From NCBI GenBank assembly GCA_963676795.2, contig CAXXTB010000002.1:448001-512000 (forward strand): a stretch of DNA of 64,000 nt, in the 5' to 3' direction. The notes beneath the pieces were generated by a model, which was not told the origin of the DNA, searched no databases, and saw only the letters and a list, made by a program, of their open reading frames with translations. This DNA is from Geopsychrobacteraceae bacterium. Lineage in GTDB: Bacteria; Desulfobacterota; Desulfuromonadia; Desulfuromonadales; Geopsychrobacteraceae. This document shows positions 49,049-59,041 of this stretch, piece by piece (position 1 is the stretch's first letter; every line of letters begins with the position of its first letter). The position numbers were made by a program, and so were the translations under genes.

Positions 49049-50410
49049 ATGCAGACTGAAAACCTTCATAAACCCTGGGAACAGCTTTCCTCTTATCTTG
49101 AGACTGGTGATTCAGCTGCGGTGTTGGCTTTTATCGAGCAGCTCAATCCGGCCGATACGGCACTGACTGTATCGCGTCTGACGCTCGCCGAGCAGGGGCA
49201 GTTGCTGACGCTGCTCGATCCCGAGGATGCAGCAGAGGTTATCGAGGATATCTCGGAAGCCCAGGCGGTCGACATCATTGAAGAACTGCATCCGCAGCAG
49301 GCGGCCGCTATCCTTGAAGAGCTGGACAGTGACCATGTTGTCGACCTGCTCGGCGAACTGGCTGAAGAGGATGCCAGCGCCATTATCGAGCATATGGACC
49401 CGGAGGACGCGGCCGAGGCGCGTAGTTACCTGCAGTACGCGCCGGACAGCGCCGGTGGTCTGATGGTTTCCGAGTACCTCGATTTCCGCAGTCAACAGAC
49501 GGTGCAGGATGTGCTCGACGATTTTCAGCACAAGCGCGAAGAATACGCTGACTACGACGTTCAGTACATCTATGTCACTGATGCCCAGGGTCGCCTTGAC
49601 GGGGTCTTAAGGCTGCGTGATCTGCTCTTCCCGCAGCGTTCGACCAAGCTGGAAAAGCTGATGATCCGCAACCCCTACAAGATTGACGCGTCGGCCAGTC
49701 TTGAAGAACTGCGCAATTTCTTCGACGAGCACGATCTGTTCGGAGTGCCGGTTGTCGATGATCAGCAGTGCCTGGTCGGCATCGTCATGCCTTCGGCGAT
49801 TGAAGATGCCCGCCGCAAGCGCAGCGTCAAGCAGTACCTCGGTCTGTCGGGGATCATCGGCGGTGAGGAGTTCCGCTCGATGCCGTTGACCACCCGTTCC
49901 GGCTGGCGTCTGTCGTGGCTGTCGCTGAATATCGTGCTGAATATCGTTGCCGCCAGTGTCATTGCTCTGAAGCAGGATACCCTTGCCGCGGCGATCACCC
50001 TTGCCGTATTTCTGCCGATGGTCAGTGACATGAGCGGCTGTTCCGGCAATCAGGCGGTTGCGGTCAGTATGCGTGAACTTTCTCTGGGACTGGTGCGCCC
50101 GAAGGAGCTGTTCTGGGTGCTTGGCAAGGAAGCCAGCCTGGGGGTGATTAACGGTATCGCGCTTGGCATCCTGCTCGGACTGGTCGCTTTTGTCTGGAAG
50201 GGCAACCCTTTTCTTGGCCTGGTTGTCGGCGGAGCACTGGCCATCAATACCGTCGTTGCCGTCTCTTTGGGGGGGATGATCCCGCTGCTGCTGAAACGGG
50301 CCAAGCTCGATCCGGCGCTGATCTCGAGCCCGCTGCTGACCACCATCACCGACATGTGCGGCTTCTTCCTGGTGCTGAGTTTTGCCTCGCTGGTACTCGA
50401 GAAACTTTAA
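49049..50410 (+). CDS. mgtE: Magnesium transporter MgtE
   Basis: Acidic N domain, SAGGLM plus CBS pair, DPALISSPLLTTITD; start could be anywhere from 49016 to 49049. Confidence 0.93.
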   Translation: MQTENLHKPWEQLSSYLETGDSAAVLAFIEQLNPADTALTVSRLTLAEQGQLLTLLDPEDAAEVIEDISEAQAVDIIEELHPQQAAAILEELDSDHVVDLLGELAEEDASAIIEHMDPEDAAEARSYLQYAPDSAGGLMVSEYLDFRSQQTVQDVLDDFQHKREEYADYDVQYIYVTDAQGRLDGVLRLRDLLFPQRSTKLEKLMIRNPYKIDASASLEELRNFFDEHDLFGVPVVDDQQCLVGIVMPSAIEDARRKRSVKQYLGLSGIIGGEEFRSMPLTTRSGWRLSWLSLNIVLNIVAASVIALKQDTLAAAITLAVFLPMVSDMSGCSGNQAVAVSMRELSLGLVRPKELFWVLGKEASLGVINGIALGILLGLVAFVWKGNPFLGLVVGGALAINTVVAVSLGGMIPLLLKRAKLDPALISSPLLTTITDMCGFFLVLSFASLVLEKL

Positions 50411-50421
50411 TTCAAAATACA

Positions 50422-50453
50422 ACAGCCGCTGACGATGTTGCGTCAGCGGCTGC
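50422..50453. terminator. Hairpin terminator between convergent mgtE and MCP genes
   Basis: CAGCCGCTGACG-ATGTTG-CGTCAGCGGCTG. Confidence 0.75.
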
Positions 50454-50460
50454 TCTTTGT

Positions 50461-52176
50461 TTAATGCAATAATCTCTGATCCTGCCGATCTTCAAGAGCT
50501 TTCCCCAGGGAGAAGCGCTGCAGGATGGCAAGCAGTTGTTCGGATTGACCGGATAGCTCTTCTGCGGCGGCGGCGCTCTGTTCGGCAATGGCGGTGTTGT
50601 GCTGGGTGGCCTGGTCGATCTGTGAGACGCCGCTGGTGATTTCGTTTATACCATGCGCCTGTTCGCTGGAGGCCGAAGCGATCTCTTCGAGCAGATCGGA
50701 GACCTTGCTGGTGCCGCTGATGATTTCTTTCAAAGCCTCTGCCGTTTGTTCCGCAATCTGGACGCCCCGTTCCGTTAACGAGACCGATCCCTCGATCAGT
50801 TCTGCAGTCTCTTCTGCCGCCTTGGCACTGCGGGCTGCCAGGTTTCTGACCTCTTCAGCAACGACTGCAAAGCCTTTGCCGTGCTGGCCGGCCCTGGCCG
50901 CTTCGACGGCCGCATTGAGAGCCAACAGATTGGTCTGGAAGGCGATTTCGTCGATGACCTTGATGATCTTGCTGATGTTCTGGCTGGCCTTATTGATTTC
51001 ATTCATCGAAGAGACCATCCCCTGCATCTGGTCGCTTCCTTTGTTGGCCGCTTGCATCGATTCGCTGGAGACCCGGTTGGCGATATTAGCGTTGTCGGCA
51101 TTGGTCCGGACCTGGCCGGCCATCTGGTTCATCGATGCCGTGACCTCTTCGATCGAGCTGGCCGATTCGGTTGCCGCCTGGGACAGGCTCTGGCTGGCAT
51201 TTGAGACCTGGCTGGCATTGAGGGCGATCTGTTCGCTGGAACCCTGAATGCTGCCGACGATATCTCGCAGGTTGGTCAGCATTTTCTGCAGGGCGAGTCC
51301 AAGCTTGTCCTCGTCTGACGCGACATAGGCGTCCTGGCTCAGGTCGCCCGCTGCAATCGACTCGGCAATATCGGAGGACCTGTTGAGGCTGTCGGTCATC
51401 CGGTCAAGGGCTTTGGCCAACTGGCCGATTTCATCCGCTTGCGACAGGTTCATCCGTTGGCTTAAGTTCCCCCTGGCGATTGCTTCGGCGAGAGACACAC
51501 CTCTGCGGATCGGGGCGGTGATCGATCTTGTGATGAGAATGCTGAGGGCGCCAGCGATGAGCAGAGCAATGATGACCAGGGTCACGCTCTGGGTGATGAT
51601 CATTTTATGGAGCTCGATATAGTGGTCCTGGTTGGCCGCGATGAATCCGTCATTGCGTTCACCGATGGTATTGAGATGATCACGCATGGTTTCAAAGGCC
51701 TCGCTGACGCTTCCCGTCATCATGCTGATCGCTTTCTGAGTTGACTCAGGGGTGTTTTTCTGGCGTTCGGCAAGCGCCCGTTCGGAAAGTTGAGTCCACT
51801 TATCCCAATCTTTCTGGAACTGTGCAGCTGTGGCCTTGTCCTCCGCTGTGGTCGACAGGTCGATCGCTTTCTGCAGGCGGGTCAGGGTTTGCTGCTTGTT
51901 CTCTTCATAGGTCTTCATCAGTTCCGCATAGCTCGGGCTGCCCGGCTCGGTGACCAGCATCGTCCGTTCGGCAACCTGGGCCTGGTGAAGGTCTCGGTCT
52001 GCATTGAGGGCAAAACTTGATATCGGAGCCCTGATATTCAGGGTGTCGACCAGCAGCCCTTCAACGAGGACAAGGTTCCGATAGCCGAGGAGAGCGAGGG
52101 CGAGCATCAGGATGATAACGATGCAAAAACCGATGGTCAGTCTGACACCAATTTTCAGGTTGCTGATAAATTTCAT
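50461..52176 (-). CDS. Methyl-accepting chemotaxis protein (four-helix-bundle sensor, two HAMPs)
   Basis: TM-sensor-TM layout and [34 protein letters not shown]. Confidence 0.95.
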   Translation of the reverse strand: MKFISNLKIGVRLTIGFCIVIILMLALALLGYRNLVLVEGLLVDTLNIRAPISSFALNADRDLHQAQVAERTMLVTEPGSPSYAELMKTYEENKQQTLTRLQKAIDLSTTAEDKATAAQFQKDWDKWTQLSERALAERQKNTPESTQKAISMMTGSVSEAFETMRDHLNTIGERNDGFIAANQDHYIELHKMIITQSVTLVIIALLIAGALSILITRSITAPIRRGVSLAEAIARGNLSQRMNLSQADEIGQLAKALDRMTDSLNRSSDIAESIAAGDLSQDAYVASDEDKLGLALQKMLTNLRDIVGSIQGSSEQIALNASQVSNASQSLSQAATESASSIEEVTASMNQMAGQVRTNADNANIANRVSSESMQAANKGSDQMQGMVSSMNEINKASQNISKIIKVIDEIAFQTNLLALNAAVEAARAGQHGKGFAVVAEEVRNLAARSAKAAEETAELIEGSVSLTERGVQIAEQTAEALKEIISGTSKVSDLLEEIASASSEQAHGINEITSGVSQIDQATQHNTAIAEQSAAAAEELSGQSEQLLAILQRFSLGKALEDRQDQRLLH

Positions 52177-52389
52177 CTGTCCGGTCCTTTCTGCTCTGAA
52201 GCCGTGTTTTGACCCCTCCTGGGATCATATCAATACACTAAGCGGATTGGCTGGACTGTGGCTGTGTCAAGCTGTAGTTTCTAAATTATAAAACATCGAC
52301 TGGAATTGTAAACAAAGGGGCGCTAGTGTTTTATTGATTTATTGTAAGTACAGGGATAGAGCCCCTGTTTATTTCGAAGAGAGGCGATT

Positions 52390-53817
52390 GTGGCTGCAAC
52401 AGTTGTTCATTGGTTTCGTCAGGACCTGCGCCTGACGGATAATCCAGCTCTACTCAAGGCGGCAGAGCAGGGGACTGTGCTGCCGATCTATATCCTCGAC
52501 GACGCCAATGCCGGGAACTGGAAAATGGGAGCGGCCAGTCGCTGGTGGTTGCATCGTTCTCTGGCCGCACTGGATGATGCTCTGTCCGGCCGGCTGAATA
52601 TCTATCGTGGCCGAGCTGAAGAGCTACTGCCAGAGATTGTGCAGCGCTGCAAGGCCGCCTCAATCTGCTGGAATCGCTGTTACGAGCCCTGGCGGATTGA
52701 ACGGGACAAGGGGCTCAAGGCCAGACTGACCGAGCTCGGTTTTACTGTGCAAAGTTATAACGGTTCTCTGTTGTGGGAGCCCTGGCAGGTGCTCAACAGG
52801 CAGGGCCGTCCCTATAAGGTTTTCACTCCCTACTACCGCAAGGGCTGTCTGTCTCAGCCGGCTCCTCAGAATCCTCTTGCCGCTCCGGCTGAACTCAAAT
52901 TGGCGGACCCTGATGAAAACCGTCTGCCGCTCGCTGACCTGGAGCTGCTCGAAGGCTACCCATGGCATGCCAAACTGACGCACCACTGGTTGCCGGGCGA
53001 AGCGGGGGCCCGGCAGAGGCTGAACGATTTTCTTGAGCAGGGCCTGGCCGGTTATCGTGAAGGAAGGGACTTCCCGGCGCGGGACAATATCTCAAAGCTT
53101 TCACCGGCACTCCATTTTGGCGAACTCTCTCCCCGCCAGGTCTGGTATGCGGCTACGGCTGCCGCTCTGGAAAAGGGGCTGGCAGAGGACCTGGACTGCT
53201 TTCATTCTGAGTTGGCCTGGCGCGAGTTTTCCTATTATCTGCTCTACCATTTTCCGCAACTGGCGACGGACAATTTTCAGCAGAAGTTTGACCGCTTCCC
53301 CTGGCAGCAGGAGGCTGAGTCGCTTGCAACCTGGCAGCGTGGGCTGACCGGCATACCGATTGTCGATGCCGGGATGCGCGAGCTGTGGGAAACCGGCTTC
53401 ATGCACAACCGGGTGCGGATGATCGTCGCCTCCTTTCTGGTCAAGAATCAGCTGCAGCACTGGCACGGCGGCGAACGCTGGTTCTGGGATACGCTGCTTG
53501 ATGCCGATCTGGCCAGCAACAGTGCCGGCTGGCAATGGGTTGCCGGCTGCGGCGCCGATGCCGCGCCCTATTTCCGGATTTTCAACCCGGTGACACAGGG
53601 GCAGAAGTTCGATGCCAACGGGCTTTATGTGCGGCGCTTTGTTCCGGAACTGGCCGGGCTTCCCGATAAACATCTGCATGCTCCCTGGATGGCGCCGGAC
53701 TCTGTCCTGAACCATGCGGGGGTGGTGCTGGGGGAGACTTACCCGCAGCCGCTTGTTGACCTCAAGGCCTCTCGTCAGCGGGCTCTGGATGCTTATGCCG
53801 GGATCAAAGTCGTTTGA
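52390..53817 (+). CDS. phrB: Class I CPD DNA photolyase
   Basis: WFRQDLRLTDNPAL, SKLSPALHFG, WREF, MHNRVRM and WQWVAG...PYFRIFNP. Confidence 0.93.
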   Translation: MAATVVHWFRQDLRLTDNPALLKAAEQGTVLPIYILDDANAGNWKMGAASRWWLHRSLAALDDALSGRLNIYRGRAEELLPEIVQRCKAASICWNRCYEPWRIERDKGLKARLTELGFTVQSYNGSLLWEPWQVLNRQGRPYKVFTPYYRKGCLSQPAPQNPLAAPAELKLADPDENRLPLADLELLEGYPWHAKLTHHWLPGEAGARQRLNDFLEQGLAGYREGRDFPARDNISKLSPALHFGELSPRQVWYAATAAALEKGLAEDLDCFHSELAWREFSYYLLYHFPQLATDNFQQKFDRFPWQQEAESLATWQRGLTGIPIVDAGMRELWETGFMHNRVRMIVASFLVKNQLQHWHGGERWFWDTLLDADLASNSAGWQWVAGCGADAAPYFRIFNPVTQGQKFDANGLYVRRFVPELAGLPDKHLHAPWMAPDSVLNHAGVVLGETYPQPLVDLKASRQRALDAYAGIKVV

Positions 53818-53832
53818 AAAACTCTAAATCTT

Positions 53833-54054
53833 AAGATCAAGAGCGCCGGTTCTCGCACCGGCAGGCGACACCCTTTTCTTTGGTCGCAAAGAAAAGGGTG
53901 CAAAAGAAACTCTTTGAAAACACTGACGCAATTTGTGCAGGTTGCTCTTCGTAGTTTTGAGGCTGCTATTCTCTGCACGCTCAGACAATCTGCTTTGCAT
54001 CTTGAATTCGCGCAATCGCAAAGCCGGTTCCCGGCTTGATGTATGAAACAGGCA
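53833..54054 (+). repeat. Structured intergenic repeat element A, copy 2
   Basis: Colinear with 16384-16614, with compensatory changes in the head hairpins. Confidence 0.9.
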
Positions 54055-54084
54055 TTTGTTTAAACACCGTAGGTGTTTCTCCGG

Positions 54085-54265
54085 TTCTGCCCGTTGATGG
54101 GCTTGCCCATCTTGGTGCGCGTTGTTGATTGCTAGTGTGAAACTATGCAAAGACGCAGGAATACTTCAGACATATTAGAAGAGCGTTTTTGCCTACTTAT
54201 TGAAGCTCTGGTCAAAAAGTAGGGCGGCGTTCGGGGCCGCGACCCCGAGGTTTTGGTCTTGAGAT
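54085..54265 (-). repeat. Structured repeat element: third head (54181-54265) plus module B copy 2 (54085-54167)
   Basis: Minus strand: TCGGGG-tcgcgg-CCCCGA-ac-gccgc, then CCTACTTTTTGA..TCAATAAGTAGG-CAAAAA, then module B. Confidence 0.8.
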
Positions 54266-54298
54266 TTTCCTTTTGAGATTTTCTGAATGAGTAAAACC

Positions 54299-54330
54299 CA
54301 ACGCCCTGGCCGACAGAAGTCCGGGGCGTT
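54299..54330 (-). terminator. Possible terminator hairpin after tctC
   Basis: CAACGCCCTGG...CCGGGGCGTTG stem. Confidence 0.5.
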
Positions 54331-54354
54331 GGTGATTGTGTATCTTTTTTGCGG

Positions 54355-55359
54355 TTATGGTTTCGGGATTCCCAGGTCTGCCGGAGAAACCTTGGTATTG
54401 CCGGATTCCTGGAGAATCCAGGTGCTGGTTGACTGCCATTTTTTCAGGAACTCGTCAGCTTCTGCGCCGCTGATGTTCATGTTGACGGCGCCGAAATCGT
54501 TGATGAAAGCCTGGAATTTAGGTTCTGATGCGCCCTTCTTGAAGGCTTCGACCAGTTTGTCGCGAACATCTGCCGGGGTATCGCGCTTGACCCAGATGCC
54601 GTAGAAAGGCCCCCATGGCAGGTATTTGTTGAAGCCTGGGAAGTCCTGGGTGATCAACGGAATATCTTCAAGGCCCGGAATCGGTTCGTTGGCAACCACC
54701 GCCAGCGGTCTGATCCGGCCGGCGCGGATATGTTCGCGAACAGCTGTCAGGCCGGCCGGCATGACATCGACATGGCCACCCATAAGTGCTGTTACGCCGG
54801 GCCCTTCGCCGTTGAACGGAACACGGGTCACGTCAAAGCCGGTAACGGCCTGGATCATGGCGCCGACCGTGAACGGGATGCCGCCGGGGCCGGTCGAGCC
54901 CATTTTGACCTTGCCCGGATTGGCCTGGGCGTACTCGATCAGCTCCTTGAAGGTTTTAAACGGAGCGTCGATGTTGGCGACGATGACCCCGACCCCGTGA
55001 GCCAGAATATTGACCGGGTAGAAATCCTTGTAATCGAGTTGAGACAACTGGAGAACCCTGTGCAGCTGAGGGTTTTCCGCGCCATAAAGGATGGTGTAAC
55101 CATCCGATGGGCGGCTGTAGACGTACTGGGTGGCGATGGCGCCGGTCCCGCCCGGTTTGTTGACGAGTACAATCTGTTTGCCAAGAAATGGTTCAACATA
55201 GGGCGTTATCGCCCGGGCGACATTGTCGGTTGCTCCCCCGGCCCCCCACATGATGACCCCCTGCATGTCCCTGCTCGGAAAATCTGCCGCCAGGGCAGAG
55301 GTTCCCATCGCCAGCATTGCGATCAGGGTCATAAAAAGTTTGACGCATCTGTTTGACAT
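54355..55359 (-). CDS. Tripartite tricarboxylate transporter substrate-binding protein (TctC/Bug)
   Basis: Signal peptide, FPSR, GAGGATD, NKPGGTG, PSDGYT and LMGGHVD. Confidence 0.9.
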   Translation of the reverse strand: MSNRCVKLFMTLIAMLAMGTSALAADFPSRDMQGVIMWGAGGATDNVARAITPYVEPFLGKQIVLVNKPGGTGAIATQYVYSRPSDGYTILYGAENPQLHRVLQLSQLDYKDFYPVNILAHGVGVIVANIDAPFKTFKELIEYAQANPGKVKMGSTGPGGIPFTVGAMIQAVTGFDVTRVPFNGEGPGVTALMGGHVDVMPAGLTAVREHIRAGRIRPLAVVANEPIPGLEDIPLITQDFPGFNKYLPWGPFYGIWVKRDTPADVRDKLVEAFKKGASEPKFQAFINDFGAVNMNISGAEADEFLKKWQSTSTWILQESGNTKVSPADLGIPKP

Positions 55360-55584
55360 CGTTGTCCCCCTTTTCTGAAATGGTTGATGACTAATATTTA
55401 TATGCGATGGTCGACTTAATGTAAATAATTGATTGTCATAGGTTTTCCAATAATTCCAACGGGAGGGCGCCGGTGCAGCTCAGAGCCGATTCGCAGGGAT
55501 AAAAAACTGTCTTGAAGATAGTTTGGTTTTCAAACTAGGTGTGTTACTGTAGGTAAAGTTAACTGTTTTGGTAGGGAACGCTTT

Positions 55585-56637
55585 ATGTTGATGAACTTTA
55601 TTCTTGAATTCTGGCACATTTTGGTCGATTCGGCTCCCTATGTGCTCTTCGGATTTTTTGTTGCGGGTCTGCTCAAGGCTTATCTGCCGGAGGATCTGGT
55701 GGCCAGGCACCTGAGCGGCAGCGATGCGAAGTCGGTGTTGAAGGCGTCGCTGTTCGGTATCCCGTTACCGCTCTGTTCCTGCGGTGTCATCCCTGCGGCG
55801 ATCGAACTGCGCAAGCAGGGCGCGAGCAAGGGCGCGACCTCCTCATTCCTGGTGTCGGTACCGGAAACCGGCGTCGATTCGATTTCGATCACCTGGGCAC
55901 TGCTCGACCCGCTGATGACGGTGATCCGTCCGCTTGCGTCGCTGATCACGGCAATCGCGACAGGACTGCTGGTCAACAGGCTGCCAGACGAAGGGGCTGT
56001 TGCCAGGGTGCAGCCGAGTCCCGGCTGTGGCTGACGTTCTCAGTCCGGCGAGAGTTGCTCGTCCAGACCAGAACAGTCCCATCTGCGCAGACTCCGTGAT
56101 GGTTTAGCTTATGCCTTCGGCGAATTGCTCGGTGATGTCGGCAGTTGGCTGCTGGGCGGTATTGCCATCGCCGCCCTGATCGGCGTTTTTGTACCGGAAG
56201 ACTTTTTTATCCGCTACCTGGGGAACGAAACCCTGTCGCTGTTCATCATGCTGATCATTGGCATTCCGATTTACATCTGTGCCAGCGCTTCGACACCGGT
56301 TGTCGCCGCTCTGATTCTCAAAGGACTCTCTCCGGGAGCTGCGCTGGTTTTTCTCCTCGCCGGGCCGGCGACCAACGCAGCGACCATCACCGTTGTTACG
56401 CGCTATTTCGGCCATAAGGCGACCGCCGTCTATGTACTGACGATTTCAGCCTGTTCCCTGGTTTTGGGCTGGTTGACCAATCTGCTCTATCAGGGTCTTG
56501 ATCTGGATATCCTGAGCTGGGTTGAAAGCGGGACCGCAGAAAGCGCGTCCTCCTGGGCTAGCGTGGCCGCGATTGCTCTGCTTCTGCTGATCTGCAGGAG
56601 GTTTCTGCCCAACAGGAAAGGCTGTTGCGGCAGTTAG
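55585..56637 (+). CDS. DUF318/SO_0444-type metal-efflux permease, 350 aa with an in-frame TGA (probable selenocysteine)
   Basis: GIPLPLCSCGV/PETGVDS half and GIPIYICASASTP/LAGPATN half are in the same frame, separated only by TGA 56032-56034 within PGCG*RSQSGESC. Confidence 0.85.
56036..56074 (+). promoter_or_regulatory. Putative bacterial SECIS element
   Basis: Hairpin starting just after the TGA: GTTCT/AGAAC, GTC/GAC, GGCGAG/CTCGTC with apical loop AGTTG. Confidence 0.7.
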
Positions 56638-56809
56638 TGTCCATGCGGAAAACCCGGGGGGCACGAAGCAGGTTTTCAGATTGGAAACTCGCTCGATTTT
56701 GATGCGCTTGGAGGCTTTTTTCTGGACAGCGCGAAGCCGTCATGTCATGAGAAAGGATGACGCCGCGACCTGATGCGGCTTTTGACTGTCAGCAGGGGGA
56801 AATTTGCTC

Positions 56810-59038
56810 ATGGCTTCAGTTCTGCGTTCTCTTCGTACCCGTCTCAGGGCGCAGCCCGCCGGTCAGCGCAACGGCGCCGGTCTCGGCACTTTCGTCGGTG
56901 TCTTTACCCCGACGATCCTGACCATTCTCGGCGTCATCATGTACCTGCGTTTCGGCTGGGTTGTCGGCCAGGTTGGTCTGTGGCTGTCGCTGCTGATCGT
57001 GTTGATGGCCAACGGCATTACCCTGATTACCGCCTTCAGCTTTTCCGCCATCGCTACCAACACGCGGGTTGGGGTCGGTGGGGCTTATTTCATGATTTCG
57101 CGCAGCCTCGGACCGGAAATCGGCGGGGCGATCGGTATTCCGCTGTTTTTTTCCCAGGTGCTGTCGGTTACCCTCTATGCCTTCGGTCTGGCCGAGTCGC
57201 TGCGTTTTGTCTGGCCGGCGATCCCCGTCCAGGGGGCCGCATTCTGTATCATCCTGCTTGTCGGCTTTCTCGCCTATCGGGGGGCCGGTGCCGCTCTTAA
57301 GTTGCAGCTGCCGATCCTGTTGCTGATCATTTTGTCGCTGCTGGCGCTGGCCGGGGGCGTGCTGTTTGGCAATGGTAGTGAACAGGTCGCGGAACCGGCG
57401 ACGTTTGTCGATGTCGGCTTCTGGGCCGTCTTCGCGGTTTTTTTCCCGGCAGTGACCGGGATCATGGCGGGGTTGAGCCTGTCCGGCGATCTGGCAGATC
57501 CGCGCCGTTCGATCCCGCGCGGGACGGTGCTGGCCACCCTGGCCGGGTTTGCCGTCTACCTGATTGTTCCCCTCTTGCTCTTTTTGGGCGCCGGGGGGGC
57601 TGCACTTAGAGACGATTCGCTGATCTGGACGCGGATTGCCCTGCTCGGCCCCTGGCTGGTTCTGCCCGGGCTCTGGGGGGCGATCTTCTCTTCGGCTGTC
57701 GGTTCGATTCTGGGTGCCCCGCGCACCCTGCAGGCCCTGGCCCTTGACCGGCTGGCGCCCTCCTGGCTGGCAAAAACCAGGAACGGTACCGAGCCGGTGA
57801 CGGGGCTGGCCGTTTCCCTTGTCATCGCCCTGCTGACCGTTTTTCTCGGTGACCTCAATACCGTGGCTGAGGTCGTCACCATGTTCTTCCTCAGCGTCTA
57901 CGGTACGGTGAACCTGGTGGCCGCGCTGGAGCACCTTTCGGGCAATCCCTCATGGCGCCCCGATATCCGTACCCCCTGGTGGCTTTGCCTGGTCGGTGCC
58001 CTCGGTTGTCTGGGGGTGATGTTGCTGATCAACCCGCTGGCCAGCCTGCTGGCGGTGCTGGTCATCGTTGGCCTGTGGCTGCTGCTGCGCCGGCGCGAAC
58101 GACGCGAGGCCTGGGGAGATGTGCGCCGTGACCTGTTCGAGGCGATGATCCGCTGGGCACTGATCCGGCTGGCGAAGCGGCCGATGACGGCCCGCAACTG
58201 GCGTCCCCATGTTCTCGTCTTTGTCAGCAATATCGACCGCCGCCTGCCGCTGGTCCGTTTCGGCGACTGGTTCAGCCAGGGGCGGGGAGTGGTGACGGTT
58301 TGCGAACTGGTTGTCGGCGATCTGCTCCAGATCGATTTTGATATTTCGGAACGGACCGGCTATATCAACAAAACTCTTGGGAATGCCGGGATAACCGCCT
58401 TCGGTGAAGTCGATGTCGTCGACAATATTGAACAGGGGATCATGGCTGTCGCCCAGGCCAACGGTATCGGTGATATGGAATGCAATACTGTGATGCTTGG
58501 CTGGCCTGACGATCTGCAGCGGCTGACCCACTTTATCCGCGTTATCCGCCCTTTGAGCCAGATCCAGCGTTCGCTGCTGGTCGGCCGGGTCGAAGAGCTT
58601 CCCCCCTTGCCTGAAGGGGAGCGGCGCACTATCCATGTCTGGTGGGGCGGGCTGCAGCGCAACGGCGACCTGATGCTGCTGCTTGCCTACCTGCTGTCGC
58701 GCAACAGCGAGTGGCTGGATGCCCGTATCCAGATTATGAGTGTGGCCTCCAACCCGATGGCTGCGGAACAGACCAGGCGCCTGCTCTCCGGACTGATCCC
58801 CGAGGTCCGTATCGAGGCGGAGGTCGATGTCATGGTTAAGCCTGAAGGGGTGAGCGTGACGGAGCTGATCCACTCCCGCAGCGACAAGGCGGACCTGGTC
58901 ATTCTCGGTCTGGCGATGCCTCTAGAGGGGCAGGAGGAGGAGTATGCCCTGCGCATCACCGAACTGGCCGCCGAGCTGCGCTCGGTCTTTTTCATTCACA
59001 ACGGCAGCCTGTTTATCGGTGAGCTGGTAACTCAGTAA
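56810..59038 (+). CDS. SLC12-like cation-chloride cotransporter (APC superfamily)
   Basis: GVFTPTILTILGVIMYLR, GGAYFMISRSLG, FFPAVTGIMAG, NWRP and IHVWWGG...MLLLAYLL. Confidence 0.9.
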   Translation: MASVLRSLRTRLRAQPAGQRNGAGLGTFVGVFTPTILTILGVIMYLRFGWVVGQVGLWLSLLIVLMANGITLITAFSFSAIATNTRVGVGGAYFMISRSLGPEIGGAIGIPLFFSQVLSVTLYAFGLAESLRFVWPAIPVQGAAFCIILLVGFLAYRGAGAALKLQLPILLLIILSLLALAGGVLFGNGSEQVAEPATFVDVGFWAVFAVFFPAVTGIMAGLSLSGDLADPRRSIPRGTVLATLAGFAVYLIVPLLLFLGAGGAALRDDSLIWTRIALLGPWLVLPGLWGAIFSSAVGSILGAPRTLQALALDRLAPSWLAKTRNGTEPVTGLAVSLVIALLTVFLGDLNTVAEVVTMFFLSVYGTVNLVAALEHLSGNPSWRPDIRTPWWLCLVGALGCLGVMLLINPLASLLAVLVIVGLWLLLRRRERREAWGDVRRDLFEAMIRWALIRLAKRPMTARNWRPHVLVFVSNIDRRLPLVRFGDWFSQGRGVVTVCELVVGDLLQIDFDISERTGYINKTLGNAGITAFGEVDVVDNIEQGIMAVAQANGIGDMECNTVMLGWPDDLQRLTHFIRVIRPLSQIQRSLLVGRVEELPPLPEGERRTIHVWWGGLQRNGDLMLLLAYLLSRNSEWLDARIQIMSVASNPMAAEQTRRLLSGLIPEVRIEAEVDVMVKPEGVSVTELIHSRSDKADLVILGLAMPLEGQEEEYALRITELAAELRSVFFIHNGSLFIGELVTQ

Positions 59039-59041
59039 ACT

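Noticed and set aside
50800..51000. Nucleotide similarity to about 60820-60990
   Set aside because: It is the conserved signalling hairpin of two paralogous MCPs, not a mobile repeat.
56032..56034. Nonsense mutation / pseudogene reading of the permease
   Set aside because: Disfavoured, not excluded: the CxU context, SECIS-like hairpin and intact frame on both sides fit Sec recoding better.
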